Source: Candidatus Altimarinota bacterium (GTDB taxonomy: Bacteria; Patescibacteriota; Gracilibacteria; 1-14-2-50-48-13). Taken from it: 64,000 nt of DNA. Below, in pieces: positions 51,974 to 61,491 of this stretch. The translations under genes and the position numbers were made by a program. The notes below the pieces were generated by a model. The model did no database searches. It was not told where the DNA came from and saw only the letters and a list, made by a program, of their open reading frames with translations. Location: contig JBKBWQ010000001.1 of NCBI GenBank assembly GCA_046314355.1, positions 1,536,001-1,600,000 of the forward strand, in the 5' to 3' direction. Every line of letters begins with the position of its first letter. Within the stretch, counting starts at the first letter, position 1.

Positions 51974-52732
51974 TTACTCGCCTATTCTTTTTAATGTTCT
52001 CCAGTCAGTACCTTGATGAAGAGCGATTTGCCCATTTTTTAACTTTGCTAAATGTATGTTAGCTTTAAGCTCCTCTGGAGTCCAGTTATGTATTTGCTGC
52101 AAGAATGTCTTATACCAATTGCGATGACCAAATACTACAATTGTATCAATCTTAGGAAACTCTTCATCCAGCGTAGCCAAGAATGCTTCTGCCCTAGCTC
52201 CAAGTTTACTTCCTTCTGGTCCGCGTGAAGATTCTTCGTTAAGAGAATTCAGTTCACGAAGCTGTATATTAGAGCTAAATAACTCTCCATATATTCTTTC
52301 CATTTCTTCAATTGCGTGTTTCCTAGTCTCTATGGCACGAAAACATTCAGATGAGAAAAAATGCTCCGGACGGAATCTATCAAAATATTCTACTAGTTTT
52401 TTTCCTGCTTCCTTTGCTTCCTCAATTCCTTCCTCTGCAAGTAGCATCTCAATATCTGTTTTTATTGATGTCAGCGCACTAAGATTTGGGCTAATAATGT
52501 GTGGGTTTTTCCCTATGTTTTCTGGGAGAGCCTTGTCTGCTGCGTAAGCTTTATTCCATTCGCTTGTACCATGTCTTACATAAATGAGTGTCTTTATACG
52601 TTCTTTTTCATTTTTTGCTATTTCTTCTACCAAGTTTTTTCCTACATTTTCCAACGCAAAATTAGTACTGAGGTTCTGCAGATTACTTTGTTCTCCTAGT
52701 AACTTTTCACTATCATACATTTTCTTTTCCAT
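51974..52732 (-). CDS. Histidine phosphatase (phosphoglycerate mutase superfamily)
   Basis: YVRHG.SEWN, SS...RA.ET, LNE, VFGH motifs. Confidence 0.85.
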   Translation of the reverse strand: MEKKMYDSEKLLGEQSNLQNLSTNFALENVGKNLVEEIAKNEKERIKTLIYVRHGTSEWNKAYAADKALPENIGKNPHIISPNLSALTSIKTDIEMLLAEEGIEEAKEAGKKLVEYFDRFRPEHFFSSECFRAIETRKHAIEEMERIYGELFSSNIQLRELNSLNEESSRGPEGSKLGARAEAFLATLDEEFPKIDTIVVFGHRNWYKTFLQQIHNWTPEELKANIHLAKLKNGQIALHQGTDWRTLKRIGE

Positions 52733-52971
52733 AAGGGATATGGTGACGGATAGGTATAGAAACAGTTAATAAAGGTTCTTGTCTTATTTTAAGCTGAAAT
52801 AAAATATAATTAAAAATTAATTTTGTCAATGATTGTCATTATTCAAAAAACTAGTTCCTACTAGTGTGACTCAAAATTCTTTTACACAACTTTATAATAC
52901 TTTATATGAATACTTTTCAAATAGTGTCTTGAAAAGGAGAAAGTTATTTGATGGGAAAAGAGTATCAATGT

Positions 52972-54054
52972 TTACTGCTTTAGTTTTTCCACATCCACCA
53001 CACGGTCATAGCGTCTCTCATCAAAAATGATCGTAGGAATTTTGATAGTCTTCATCTCCTTTTCTACAATATGCCTTTGCGATGCAAGTGTACGCTTTAC
53101 TTCTTCCGATGAAGCTCTGCTTTGAATATCCACAATATCCGCATCACTATAACCAATGCTCTTCAAAATCTCGTGAAGTTTTGCAGTTACTTCTGTCTCT
53201 GTAAACACATTGTTGATTTGGTACTGAAGTTCTGTATCTTTTCCGTCCTTTCCTATGAAAATATATTCAAGAAGCTGCCAATCGGCGGGGACATCTCTCG
53301 CGTTCGCCGGAATACTTACTTGTTTGACTGCTTCTAGATAAGAGGCAATTAATGGAGAGTGTTTGAATTTATATCCACTCTCAGTAGTGGTATCTACTAT
53401 AGGATAGACAATGTAGCTGAGATTATATTTTTTTTCAAAACCTGCTTCTTTGATATTTCGAAAGAGTTTCTGACAAAATATACATCCTGGATCTATAGCC
53501 TCAACAGCTATTTTTTTCGATGCATCAAAGGTATGGTAATAAGTAGCACTTGGTGAAAGATATTCTTCTGCCTTCCAAGTCTGAAATCTAGCAGGTACCC
53601 TAGATAATGTATCCGCAAATGTAACAAAAGGCTGAACTGCCCATTCGCCTACTTTACCAAACTTGATTGCTGTAGAGAGATCCATCTGGTTTGCGCTGAT
53701 TCCGCAGGACTCTCCGCCCAGTGAGCAGGACTCAGGTGCTGCTGGATCACAGGTATCATAGACAAGGAGGTTGAGTCCCGTAATCATAACACTGATGATG
53801 CTCCAGATGGTCGCGATCACGAAAGCAAAGGCTATCCAATCGATCCACTTGCCTATGAACTTTGCAAGTCTCGGTCTTGTGAGGATCATTTTTCCTATAA
53901 TTTTTCCTTTTATTTCCTGAGAAAAATTGATATCGCAGGGTTTGAATGTAAGGCGTCTCCCTACACAATACCAGGCTTTTCCTGCCAGATTGCGGTAGTA
54001 GGTGGAGAAAATACCGAGAATCAGAAATACAATGAATGATGCAATACAGAGCAT
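52972..54054 (-). CDS. Membrane-anchored Cys-rich DsbA/thioredoxin-fold protein
   Basis: Two TM segments; DPGCIFCQK (CxxC); C-terminal IPTIIF cis-Pro motif; six additional Cys in the N-terminal part. Confidence 0.7.
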   Translation of the reverse strand: MLCIASFIVFLILGIFSTYYRNLAGKAWYCVGRRLTFKPCDINFSQEIKGKIIGKMILTRPRLAKFIGKWIDWIAFAFVIATIWSIISVMITGLNLLVYDTCDPAAPESCSLGGESCGISANQMDLSTAIKFGKVGEWAVQPFVTFADTLSRVPARFQTWKAEEYLSPSATYYHTFDASKKIAVEAIDPGCIFCQKLFRNIKEAGFEKKYNLSYIVYPIVDTTTESGYKFKHSPLIASYLEAVKQVSIPANARDVPADWQLLEYIFIGKDGKDTELQYQINNVFTETEVTAKLHEILKSIGYSDADIVDIQSRASSEEVKRTLASQRHIVEKEMKTIKIPTIIFDERRYDRVVDVEKLKQ

Positions 54055-54058
54055 AAAG

Positions 54059-55261
54059 TTAAGAGTGTTTTAGAAGGAGAGATAAAATATTTATGAAATG
54101 GTCTACGTCTTTTTTCGTTGAATGAACACCTAGGCTTACTCTCAAAAGAGGAGGATACTTTTTCTTATTCTTGAGATAATAATGGCAGCAGAAATAGCCG
54201 CTTCGGCACATAATATTCTGCTCAGCGAGATACAGAGCAAGCTGGTGGGAGTCTATTTTCTCAGTATAAAAACTGATAGTAGTAGAAGGTTCTTTATTTA
54301 TGAGACACACTCCTTCCATACTCTCTACAGCCTTGAATAATTCTTCTCCCAGTTTTTCTGTAGCTTCTGACTTATACTTCTTTTTCCAACGAATAGCTTC
54401 CAGAAGCCCGACAATTCCTGCCCAGTTCTGAAGTCCCGGTTCGAGCAGGGAATGGAGTTCATTTGGATCTGTGACCAATGAGTAGATATTTTCATGCACG
54501 TCCTCTACCGTTCCTCCTCCTATAAAGTAAGGCTCCATGGACTGAAGCAGAGATTTTTTTATCACAATAAATCCAATGCTTGGTCCATACATCTTATGAC
54601 CCGATCCGAATGCAGCATCAAAATCTACATTTTTCAGAAGATCTGCATGAAAGGAAAACATTTGTGCACAATCAAAAAGTGACAGACCTCCATGTTTGTG
54701 AATCGTGTCTGCCACTTCCTTTACATTTGTTAAAATACGACCGTCAATATTGGAGACAGTATTCACTAGAAGGATATTTTTTCTACTAGGCAGTAGATCG
54801 ACATCAATACTTCCATCTTCTTTTCTTTCTATGACAGCTCTTTTCTTAGTATTCTTTTCCGCCCAGGTCATAGTTGGAAGGAAGACAGAGTTATGCTCAA
54901 TGTCCGAAGTGATAATGCCCTCAAAAGAATGGACAGGGAGCTGATGAAGCACCATATTAATTCCCATGGTGGTATTCAGGGTAAAAACCACTGCATAGTC
55001 CCTTTCAGATTTACCTATCAATTTCAAAATTTCTTTTCTTGCCTCTGCTACTTTCTCATCCACCTTTTGTCCCCATTTATATTTTACTCTTCCTCCGCAG
55101 GCATTAAATCCTTCATAATATTCACGTTCAGCATCGATTACTTCTTTAGGACGCAGCGTTTGGCAGGCACTATCAAAATAATAGCTCTCTGCATGAAGAT
55201 AGCTAAAACTTCCTTCTCCTTTGATTTCTTCTTTTCGTGCACTATTAAACAATTGAAACAT
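54059..55261 (-). CDS. Cysteine desulfurase-like class V PLP enzyme (SufS/Csd-like)
   Basis: YFDSACQT, FT.NTT.GIN, EHNS, D.AQ, SGHKMYGP, E.G.QN, RSGYFCCH, RVSLG motifs; likely start ATG 55261. Confidence 0.85.
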   Translation of the reverse strand: MFQLFNSARKEEIKGEGSFSYLHAESYYFDSACQTLRPKEVIDAEREYYEGFNACGGRVKYKWGQKVDEKVAEARKEILKLIGKSERDYAVVFTLNTTMGINMVLHQLPVHSFEGIITSDIEHNSVFLPTMTWAEKNTKKRAVIERKEDGSIDVDLLPSRKNILLVNTVSNIDGRILTNVKEVADTIHKHGGLSLFDCAQMFSFHADLLKNVDFDAAFGSGHKMYGPSIGFIVIKKSLLQSMEPYFIGGGTVEDVHENIYSLVTDPNELHSLLEPGLQNWAGIVGLLEAIRWKKKYKSEATEKLGEELFKAVESMEGVCLINKEPSTTISFYTEKIDSHQLALYLAEQNIMCRSGYFCCHYYLKNKKKYPPLLRVSLGVHSTKKDVDHFINILSLLLKHS

Positions 55262-55460
55262 GTGTAGAAGTCTACAAAATGAATAATTGTCTGATCTTTC
55301 CATGCACTAAAGAAACAAGACTACTTCATTCTAATGAGAATTGAAAGATATGCAATACTGAAAACTTCTACAGGTATATAAAAAAGTCTTCAATTCTATA
55401 TCAGAATCTGCTAGTAATATTCCCTGGCGTGCCATGTGCTCGAGCAAAGCGAGTAGTACA

Positions 55461-55537
55461 TGGGGTGAACGATGGGGCTCGAACCCACAACCGTCCGGAC
55501 CACAACCGGAAGCTCTGCCAATTGAGCTACGTTCACC
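55461..55537 (-). tRNA. tRNA-His(GTG)
   Basis: GGTGAACGTAGCTCAATTGGCAGAGC TTCCGG-TTGTGGT-CCGGA..GTGGGTTCGAGCCCCATCGTTCACCCCA; G-1:C73 and encoded CCA; TTGCAT-N17-TATAGT upstream. Confidence 0.95.
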
Positions 55538-55605
55538 ATAAATTTGTGCTCGTAGACTATACAAAATGGCTGTGGAAAATGCAAGGGAATATTCATCGGG
55601 ATGCC

Positions 55606-55645
55606 AAGAAACCTACATCTGAATTGATCAGGTAGTAGGTTTCTT
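55606..55645. terminator. Hairpin downstream of the uvrA unit
   Basis: AAGAAACCTAC...GTAGGTTTCTT, 11-bp arms with inner pairing. Confidence 0.6.
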
Positions 55646-55669
55646 TAGCTATTAGTAACGATACGAATG

Positions 55670-55861
55670 CTAAGAAGACATTTTATAATCACTTTTCAGA
55701 TACTCTTCCATCATTTCGATGAATTTTTTACGTTCTTCAGAAAGAGTGCTGATAAACTTCATACGAGTTCTGAGCAGTTCTGTAGCATTTTGTATCTCCA
55801 TTGTACTGGGTTCCAGTGCCTGATTTTTTACTTCAAATAAGATATGAGATTTTTCCAGCAT
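55670..55861 (-). CDS. Small hypothetical protein downstream of uvrA
   Basis: 63-aa charged helical ORF starting 4 bp after the uvrA stop. Confidence 0.45.
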   Translation of the reverse strand: MLEKSHILFEVKNQALEPSTMEIQNATELLRTRMKFISTLSEERKKFIEMMEEYLKSDYKMSS

Positions 55862-55865
55862 GATA

Positions 55866-58748
55866 TTATTTTAACATTTTCTTAAGCCATTCTCCTGTAT
55901 AGCTTTTCTTTACATTGGCTACATCTTCAGGTGTTCCTTCGGCAATGATCTCTCCACCTCCAGTGCCTCCGTCAGGACCCAGGTCTATGATCCAGTCTGA
56001 GGACTTGATCATATCCATATTATGCTCGATTATAAGGACTGTATTTCCTTTGTCCACAAGTTTGTCGAGTACAGAGAGAAGCTTCTTTACGTCATCAAAG
56101 TGAAGTCCTGTCGTAGGCTCATCAAGGATATACATAGTTTTTCCGGTTCCTCTTTTTGCAAGCTCAGTGGCAAGTTTTACTCGCTGCGCTTCACCTCCTG
56201 AGAGGGTAGTGGCACTTTGTCCGAGATGGATATATCCGAGACCTACTTCCTCAAGTGTACGAAGTTTATTCTCGATGCTTGGAATAGCTTTAAAGAATTC
56301 ATATCCTTCGGAGACCGTCATATCTAGTATCTCTGCAATGTTTTTCCCTCTATAGGTAATCTCAAGTGCTTCTTCATTATATCTTCGCCCCCTACATACT
56401 TCGCAAGGCACATATACATCTGGTAGAAAATGCATTTCGATCTTTTTTAAACCTTCACCCTGACAAGCCTCACACCGTCCTCCTTTTACATTAAATGAAA
56501 ATCTTCCGGCATCGTATCCTCGTATCTTTGCTTCATTGGTCTTTGAAAAAATATCTCTTATATCATTGAATACTCCTGTATATGTTGCGGGATTACTTCT
56601 TGGTGTTCGTCCGATAGGGGACTGATCTATGTCGATGAGTTTATCCAGCTGCTGTACTCCTTCAATTTTCTTAAATCCAGTAGCGATGGATTGAGCTCCG
56701 TTGAGCTCGTGAGCAAGATAGTTCACTAGGATATCATTGATAAGCGTAGATTTTCCTGAGCCGGATACTCCTGTGATAGCCACCAGCACTCCAAGAGGTA
56801 TATCAATGCTTACATTTTTAAGGTTATGAAGATTTGCCTCTAGGATTGAGAGAGTTCTTTTCTTATCTACTTTTCGTCTTTTCTTTGGTACTGGGATACT
56901 GATTGCTCCTGAGAGATATTGTCCAGTTACTGAATTTTTGTCTTTCATTACTTCTGCTGGAGTTCCTTGTGCTATGACAGTACCTCCGTGTACACCGGCT
57001 CCTGGACCAATATCTATGAGATAGTCAGATGCCATCATTGTATCTTCATCATGCTCCACCACGATCACTGTATTTCCAAGATCACGCAGTTCATGCAGAG
57101 TCTTGATCAGTCGGTCATTATCTTTCTGATGGAGTCCAATGGATGGTTCATCCAGTACATACAGTACTCCAAGAAGCTTGGATCCTATCTGTGTTGCGAG
57201 CCGTATTCGCTGTGCTTCACCTCCTGAGAGGGTGTTTGCACTTCGGCTGAGGGTCAGGTAAGAAAGTCCTACATTCAGCAAAAATGAGAGTCTATCCTTT
57301 ACTTCCTTTAAAATAAGATTTGCAACGACCATTTCATTGTCTGTTAGAGACATGGCATCAAAGAAATCTACGAGATCTGTGACACTTTTTTCAGTCAGAT
57401 CAATAATAGAAACTTCTCCTATAGTAATAGAAAGAATTTCAGGTTTCAGTCTTTTACCTCCACATGCAGGACATGGAGCGATAGTCATATATTTTTCAAT
57501 CTTCTTCCGTACAAAATCAGATTCTGTCTCTCTGTATCTTCTCTCAAGATTCGGTATCACTCCTTCGTATACCGTAGAGTAATCACCTTTGAGCGTCTCA
57601 CCTTCAAGCTGGACGGTATACTTTTTATCTCCAGTACCCCAGAGTATTTTATCAATAGCTTCCTTTGGGAGATTCTCGAAAGGAATGTTTGTCTTAAATC
57701 CTTCTTGATGAGCGACTGCTGTCATGATCCTTGTATACCAATTCATTTGCGTCATTGTACTGTTCCATGCATGAACTGCTCCTTCATCGAGAGAAAGCGC
57801 TTTATTCGGGATCACAAGCTCCTGGTTTACCTCGAGTTTTGTGCCAAGACCATGACATGTCTCACAAGCTCCCTTTGGAGAATTGAAAGAAAACATGCTT
57901 GGATCAATCTCAGGAAAACTAATGGCTGGATGATCAGGACAAGCAAAATGTTCAGAGAAGGTATCTTCTTCTTTTGTGTCATTATCTATTACGGTCATGA
58001 GACCTTCACCGAACTTCAGTGCTGTCTCTATAGAATCCGCAAGACGTGTCCGATCCGGGTTTGGTATTTCTATCTGATCTCCATTGGAGAGTGCCTGATA
58101 CTTTTTTTCAAAATTCTTTACCACAAGACGGTCAATGACAATCTCAATGGTATGTTTCTTATTTGGATCAAGCGTGAACTCTTCCGCTATGGTAAATACC
58201 TGTCCATCTACTCTGAGACGTACAAAACCGTCTTTCTTTATTTTTTCTAAAACCTGATTGTGCTCACCTTTTTTTCCACGGATTACTGGTGCAAGAAGCA
58301 GGATCTTTTTCCCCTCAGGATAGTTACAGATATAGTTGATGATCTGAGACGCACTTTGTCTTTCTATAACTTTTCCGCAGACAGGGCAGTGGGGATGTCC
58401 TACCTTGGCAAATAAGAGACGAAGATAATCATAGATCTCTGTGACAGTACCTACTGTACTTCTCGGATTTCTAGGTGCAGTTTTCTGATCGATGGAGATA
58501 GCAGGGGAGAGACCTTCAATATGATCTACTTCAGGTTTATCAGTAGTTTGCAGAAACTGACGTGCATATGTAGAGAGTGACTCTACATAACGCCGCTGTC
58601 CCTCTGCATAAAGTGTATCAAAGGCAAGAGATGATTTTCCCGATCCTGAAAGACCAGTGATCACAGTCATCTTGTTTCTTGGAATCTCTACGGTGATGTT
58701 TTTGAGATTGTGGGTACGCGCTCCTGTTACTTTGATAACGTCTTTCAT
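55866..58748 (-). CDS. uvrA: Excinuclease ABC subunit A
   Basis: [28 protein letters not shown], two ABC cassettes with LSGGEAQR, zinc-finger Cys pairs. Confidence 0.98.
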   Translation of the reverse strand: MKDVIKVTGARTHNLKNITVEIPRNKMTVITGLSGSGKSSLAFDTLYAEGQRRYVESLSTYARQFLQTTDKPEVDHIEGLSPAISIDQKTAPRNPRSTVGTVTEIYDYLRLLFAKVGHPHCPVCGKVIERQSASQIINYICNYPEGKKILLLAPVIRGKKGEHNQVLEKIKKDGFVRLRVDGQVFTIAEEFTLDPNKKHTIEIVIDRLVVKNFEKKYQALSNGDQIEIPNPDRTRLADSIETALKFGEGLMTVIDNDTKEEDTFSEHFACPDHPAISFPEIDPSMFSFNSPKGACETCHGLGTKLEVNQELVIPNKALSLDEGAVHAWNSTMTQMNWYTRIMTAVAHQEGFKTNIPFENLPKEAIDKILWGTGDKKYTVQLEGETLKGDYSTVYEGVIPNLERRYRETESDFVRKKIEKYMTIAPCPACGGKRLKPEILSITIGEVSIIDLTEKSVTDLVDFFDAMSLTDNEMVVANLILKEVKDRLSFLLNVGLSYLTLSRSANTLSGGEAQRIRLATQIGSKLLGVLYVLDEPSIGLHQKDNDRLIKTLHELRDLGNTVIVVEHDEDTMMASDYLIDIGPGAGVHGGTVIAQGTPAEVMKDKNSVTGQYLSGAISIPVPKKRRKVDKKRTLSILEANLHNLKNVSIDIPLGVLVAITGVSGSGKSTLINDILVNYLAHELNGAQSIATGFKKIEGVQQLDKLIDIDQSPIGRTPRSNPATYTGVFNDIRDIFSKTNEAKIRGYDAGRFSFNVKGGRCEACQGEGLKKIEMHFLPDVYVPCEVCRGRRYNEEALEITYRGKNIAEILDMTVSEGYEFFKAIPSIENKLRTLEEVGLGYIHLGQSATTLSGGEAQRVKLATELAKRGTGKTMYILDEPTTGLHFDDVKKLLSVLDKLVDKGNTVLIIEHNMDMIKSSDWIIDLGPDGGTGGGEIIAEGTPEDVANVKKSYTGEWLKKMLK

Positions 58749-58866
58749 GTATTGAAATTATGTTGAATGTATTTTTCAAGTTAGAACTGAAAAAAGCTTC
58801 AAATAAAGCTTTAATCATAATAAGGAAAGCAGGTTTTTTATGCAATGAAAAAACAAAGAGGATTTA

Positions 58867-59436
58867 TTAATTCAGACTAGCAGTAGTTTCTGAAAGCGGG
58901 GTATAAAGCATATCTATATCAAGTATCATCGTATTGTGCCTGATACATTGTCCATCAGAGTGTTCTACAATTACTGTAAGAGGTTTTCCATTTGCAGACT
59001 TACCCCGCCAACATTCTCCAATTTTAGCGATGAAATGTTTTACCAGTTGATCTCTTGCTCGGTCACCTGGGCAATATGTAATGAGATGCCCTGCCTTTAA
59101 AAAAGGAACATGATAAGGAGCATCACAGGTTGATGAGAAGACACCAGTTTCATTTAATTCTGTTAGAGTTTTTTCTAATAAAATATCGATCTGTGCTGAT
59201 TTTTCTTCTCCATCTATAGATGCACCTAAGATGTCTAGAGCTGCTTTTTTATATTTTGTGATAGTATTTGAAATTTCCTTACTCTTTTTACAAGTATCCT
59301 CTTCGATTATTTCCTTTGCTCTCATTACTTTTCCATAAGATGAGTCAAATCTATTTTCTAGATCTATTTCATCAGGAAGAATATGTGTGTTGTTTTGAAT
59401 CAAGTTTTTATACGCTGTTTTTTCCATCATTGACAA
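58867..59436 (-). CDS. Hypothetical protein
   Basis: ~189-aa ORF; start uncertain (ATG near 59430 plausible). Confidence 0.55.
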   Translation of the reverse strand: MSMMEKTAYKNLIQNNTHILPDEIDLENRFDSSYGKVMRAKEIIEEDTCKKSKEISNTITKYKKAALDILGASIDGEEKSAQIDILLEKTLTELNETGVFSSTCDAPYHVPFLKAGHLITYCPGDRARDQLVKHFIAKIGECWRGKSANGKPLTVIVEHSDGQCIRHNTMILDIDMLYTPLSETTASLN

Positions 59437-59588
59437 AATATGTAAACAATTCTTATTGATAAATTTTCGTGTGCCGATATTAAAGTATAACTGTAAAAAA
59501 TCAAGTAGAAATGAACATATTTATTTTAGATCAAAAATTTACTTGCGTTTTATTTTAAAATTCTTATAGTTACCAACGTACGAACTAT

Positions 59589-59664
59589 GCGGGTATAACA
59601 CAATTGGCTAGTGTAACAGCCTTCCAAGCTGTAAATATGGGTTCGACCCCCATTACCCGCTCCA
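59589..59664 (+). tRNA. tRNA-Gly(TCC)
   Basis: Acceptor GCGGGTA/TACCCGC-T-CCA; D stem ACAC/GTGT; anticodon arm ACAGC-CTTCCAA-GCTGT; T arm ATGGG-TTCGACC-CCCAT. Confidence 0.93.
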
Positions 59665-59691
59665 AGTATTAAGAATCTAGGTAAAAGCATT

Positions 59692-59715
59692 ACTTCCGCA
59701 GGAAGTTATTTTTTT
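59692..59715 (+). terminator. Terminator after tRNA-Gly
   Basis: ACTTCC-GCA-GGAAGT followed by a T-rich tract. Confidence 0.6.
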
Positions 59716-59740
59716 GTATAAAGAAATATTTAAATCAACT

Positions 59741-60586
59741 ATGATCATATCTCGTAAAGTTTTATTAGTAGTTATTAGCGTACTTGGTGTTCTTCTTGCT
59801 CTCTATGCGTTTTACTTTTCGCTCTTTGGACCTGGTGATGAATGGATCAATGGACAGATAGGAGTTCCTTTGAAGATGCAGGACGGCAGTGGTGCAAATC
59901 TCACTGAGCTACAGGCATATTTTGCAAAAAGTGCTTCAGGTGTAGTTACTCCTATAGATATGCCTCAAGGAAATCTTTATAAATATATACGTGTAAGTGA
60001 AGATATGCAGGTAGCTCAGATATATAAAGAAGATTCTTGGCTAGAGGATCAGCAGATATACCTGAGAACTGAAAAAGGTGCTGAGTGGAAGGAATTATTA
60101 GCTCCATTGTCTTCAATGACTATTTCTTTTGAAGGGATAATATATCATAAACAAGAAGGAAAAATACTGCTTACTGACTGGAAACCCTGGAGTAACTCTG
60201 GTCTACTTCGCTATGTTTTGAGTATATTTGATATTACTCAACGCTATGAACGCGGATTATATCTTTCTACGTTTGATGGTGAGCTGCAGTATCTGTTTCC
60301 TGGAGAATATACTGTGATTTCTCCTGATTCCAAGAAAGTCATATTTGATAGATATAGAAATGGTATGTACCATGAGATTATGCTTTGGAATACAGAGAAA
60401 GATGTTCTCCAGACGCTTGCAGTGGTGATGGAGAGTGATCCAGGATCAGGAAGATCCTTCGAGTATAATTGGAAAGATAATGAGACGCTTTATATCTATG
60501 GTGAAAAAGCTTCCATGAACCAGAGAAAATTTGTTCTAGAGTATACCGTGGGTGATCCGGTAATAAAAAAGCTGGAGCAGAAATAA
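59741..60586 (+). CDS. Membrane-anchored exported hypothetical protein, possible partial beta-propeller
   Basis: N-terminal TM from ATG 59741; ISPDSKKVIF resembles a TolB/WD40-like blade. Confidence 0.65.
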   Translation: MIISRKVLLVVISVLGVLLALYAFYFSLFGPGDEWINGQIGVPLKMQDGSGANLTELQAYFAKSASGVVTPIDMPQGNLYKYIRVSEDMQVAQIYKEDSWLEDQQIYLRTEKGAEWKELLAPLSSMTISFEGIIYHKQEGKILLTDWKPWSNSGLLRYVLSIFDITQRYERGLYLSTFDGELQYLFPGEYTVISPDSKKVIFDRYRNGMYHEIMLWNTEKDVLQTLAVVMESDPGSGRSFEYNWKDNETLYIYGEKASMNQRKFVLEYTVGDPVIKKLEQK

Positions 60587-60776
60587 TTATAACTATTTTT
60601 TTACTTTCTCTTGCCAATATTACAGTTTCCATTATAATCCGCTAAATTTGATCTGCAGAAACGTATCTTTGTATCTGTCAATTTTATTGATAGATAGGAT
60701 AGAAAACGGTCTGCTTTGACAATAAGGGGTAAAAACATATATTCTAGTTGGAGTTTCACTCCGAGGAGAACACAAC

Positions 60777-61160
60777 ATGGCAACAGCTCAAAAAAATAAT
60801 CTTTTCGCAGCATCAGCACCTGTAAGAAGATTCACCGTTCTTAATGGAAGAAAAAATGAAGAAGTAAATATGTTGGAAGACAGTATTGTCTTTCTCTTAG
60901 CATATTTAACGGTGATACCGGTATTCTTCACTTTTTTATTCGCAAATGTTGAGAGGTACAATCTTTCAAAAAAGAGAATTGGCGCATTTCTTATGGGTAT
61001 GGGAGCATATACAGCTCTTATACTCAATTGTTACTACAGTGAACTTGCGCTACATTCGCAGTTTGCAGCAGGCTACATCAACTCTCTGGCAATTGTGCCG
61101 CTTGTAATGTTGTATCTTGCAAAAAATGGTATCTTCAAAAAAGGTACCAAAGTAATATAA
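60777..61160 (+). CDS. Small hypothetical membrane protein (~3 TM)
   Basis: SD GAGGAG; TTGACA-N16-TATATT at 60716-60743; hydrophobic segments; own terminator. Confidence 0.7.
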   Translation: MATAQKNNLFAASAPVRRFTVLNGRKNEEVNMLEDSIVFLLAYLTVIPVFFTFLFANVERYNLSKKRIGAFLMGMGAYTALILNCYYSELALHSQFAAGYINSLAIVPLVMLYLAKNGIFKKGTKVI

Positions 61161-61203
61161 AAAAATTATTTTTCTTCTTTCCCCTGGAAGAAACGTAATA
61201 CTG

Positions 61204-61232
61204 AAGCGACACAACGGCGTGTCGCTTTTTTT
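61204..61232 (+). terminator. Intrinsic terminator
   Basis: AAGCGACAC-AACGGC-GTGTCGCTT plus T-run. Confidence 0.85.
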
Positions 61233-61311
61233 ATTTAGCCATAGAACTTCCTTTAGACAATGTAAAGTGTGCAATCCGGCTTGTAGTAAGCCTTTTTAAG
61301 GATATAGTTGG

Positions 61312-61426
61312 TGAGCTGTCTCAAACATTGATCTGCAAAGTACATTCATAGCGATATGGAATAGAAACGCATTGAGCTGTTGCCAATGAGAACGCCCGTA
61401 GATCAAAATAATCTGCGGCTTTTTTT
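61312..61426 (+). ncRNA. Candidate ~115-nt structured RNA (sRNA or attenuator/riboswitch-like leader)
   Basis: Promoter-like TTGTAG-N16-TATAGT (61281-61308); GCGA-capped stem; CATTG/CAATG stem; terminator CCGTAGAT/ATCTGCGG plus T7; no credible ORF. Confidence 0.5.
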
Positions 61427-61491
61427 AGATTCTTATTGTTTCAGAACAGAGCCTCCAGTATAGTATATCCAACATATTTTTCTCATAGACT

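Noticed and set aside
55331-55635. Three short ORFs in the track
   Set aside because: They overlap tRNA-His and its promoter.
61330-61395. Hammerhead ribozyme or canonical c-di-GMP-I riboswitch
   Set aside because: The CUGANGA core is absent, and the GEMM-I P3 helix with its receptor is absent; kept only as an unclassified RNA candidate.
59665-61480. Genomic island inserted at tRNA-Gly
   Set aside because: No duplicated tRNA 3' end and no integrase or mobility gene found in the window.
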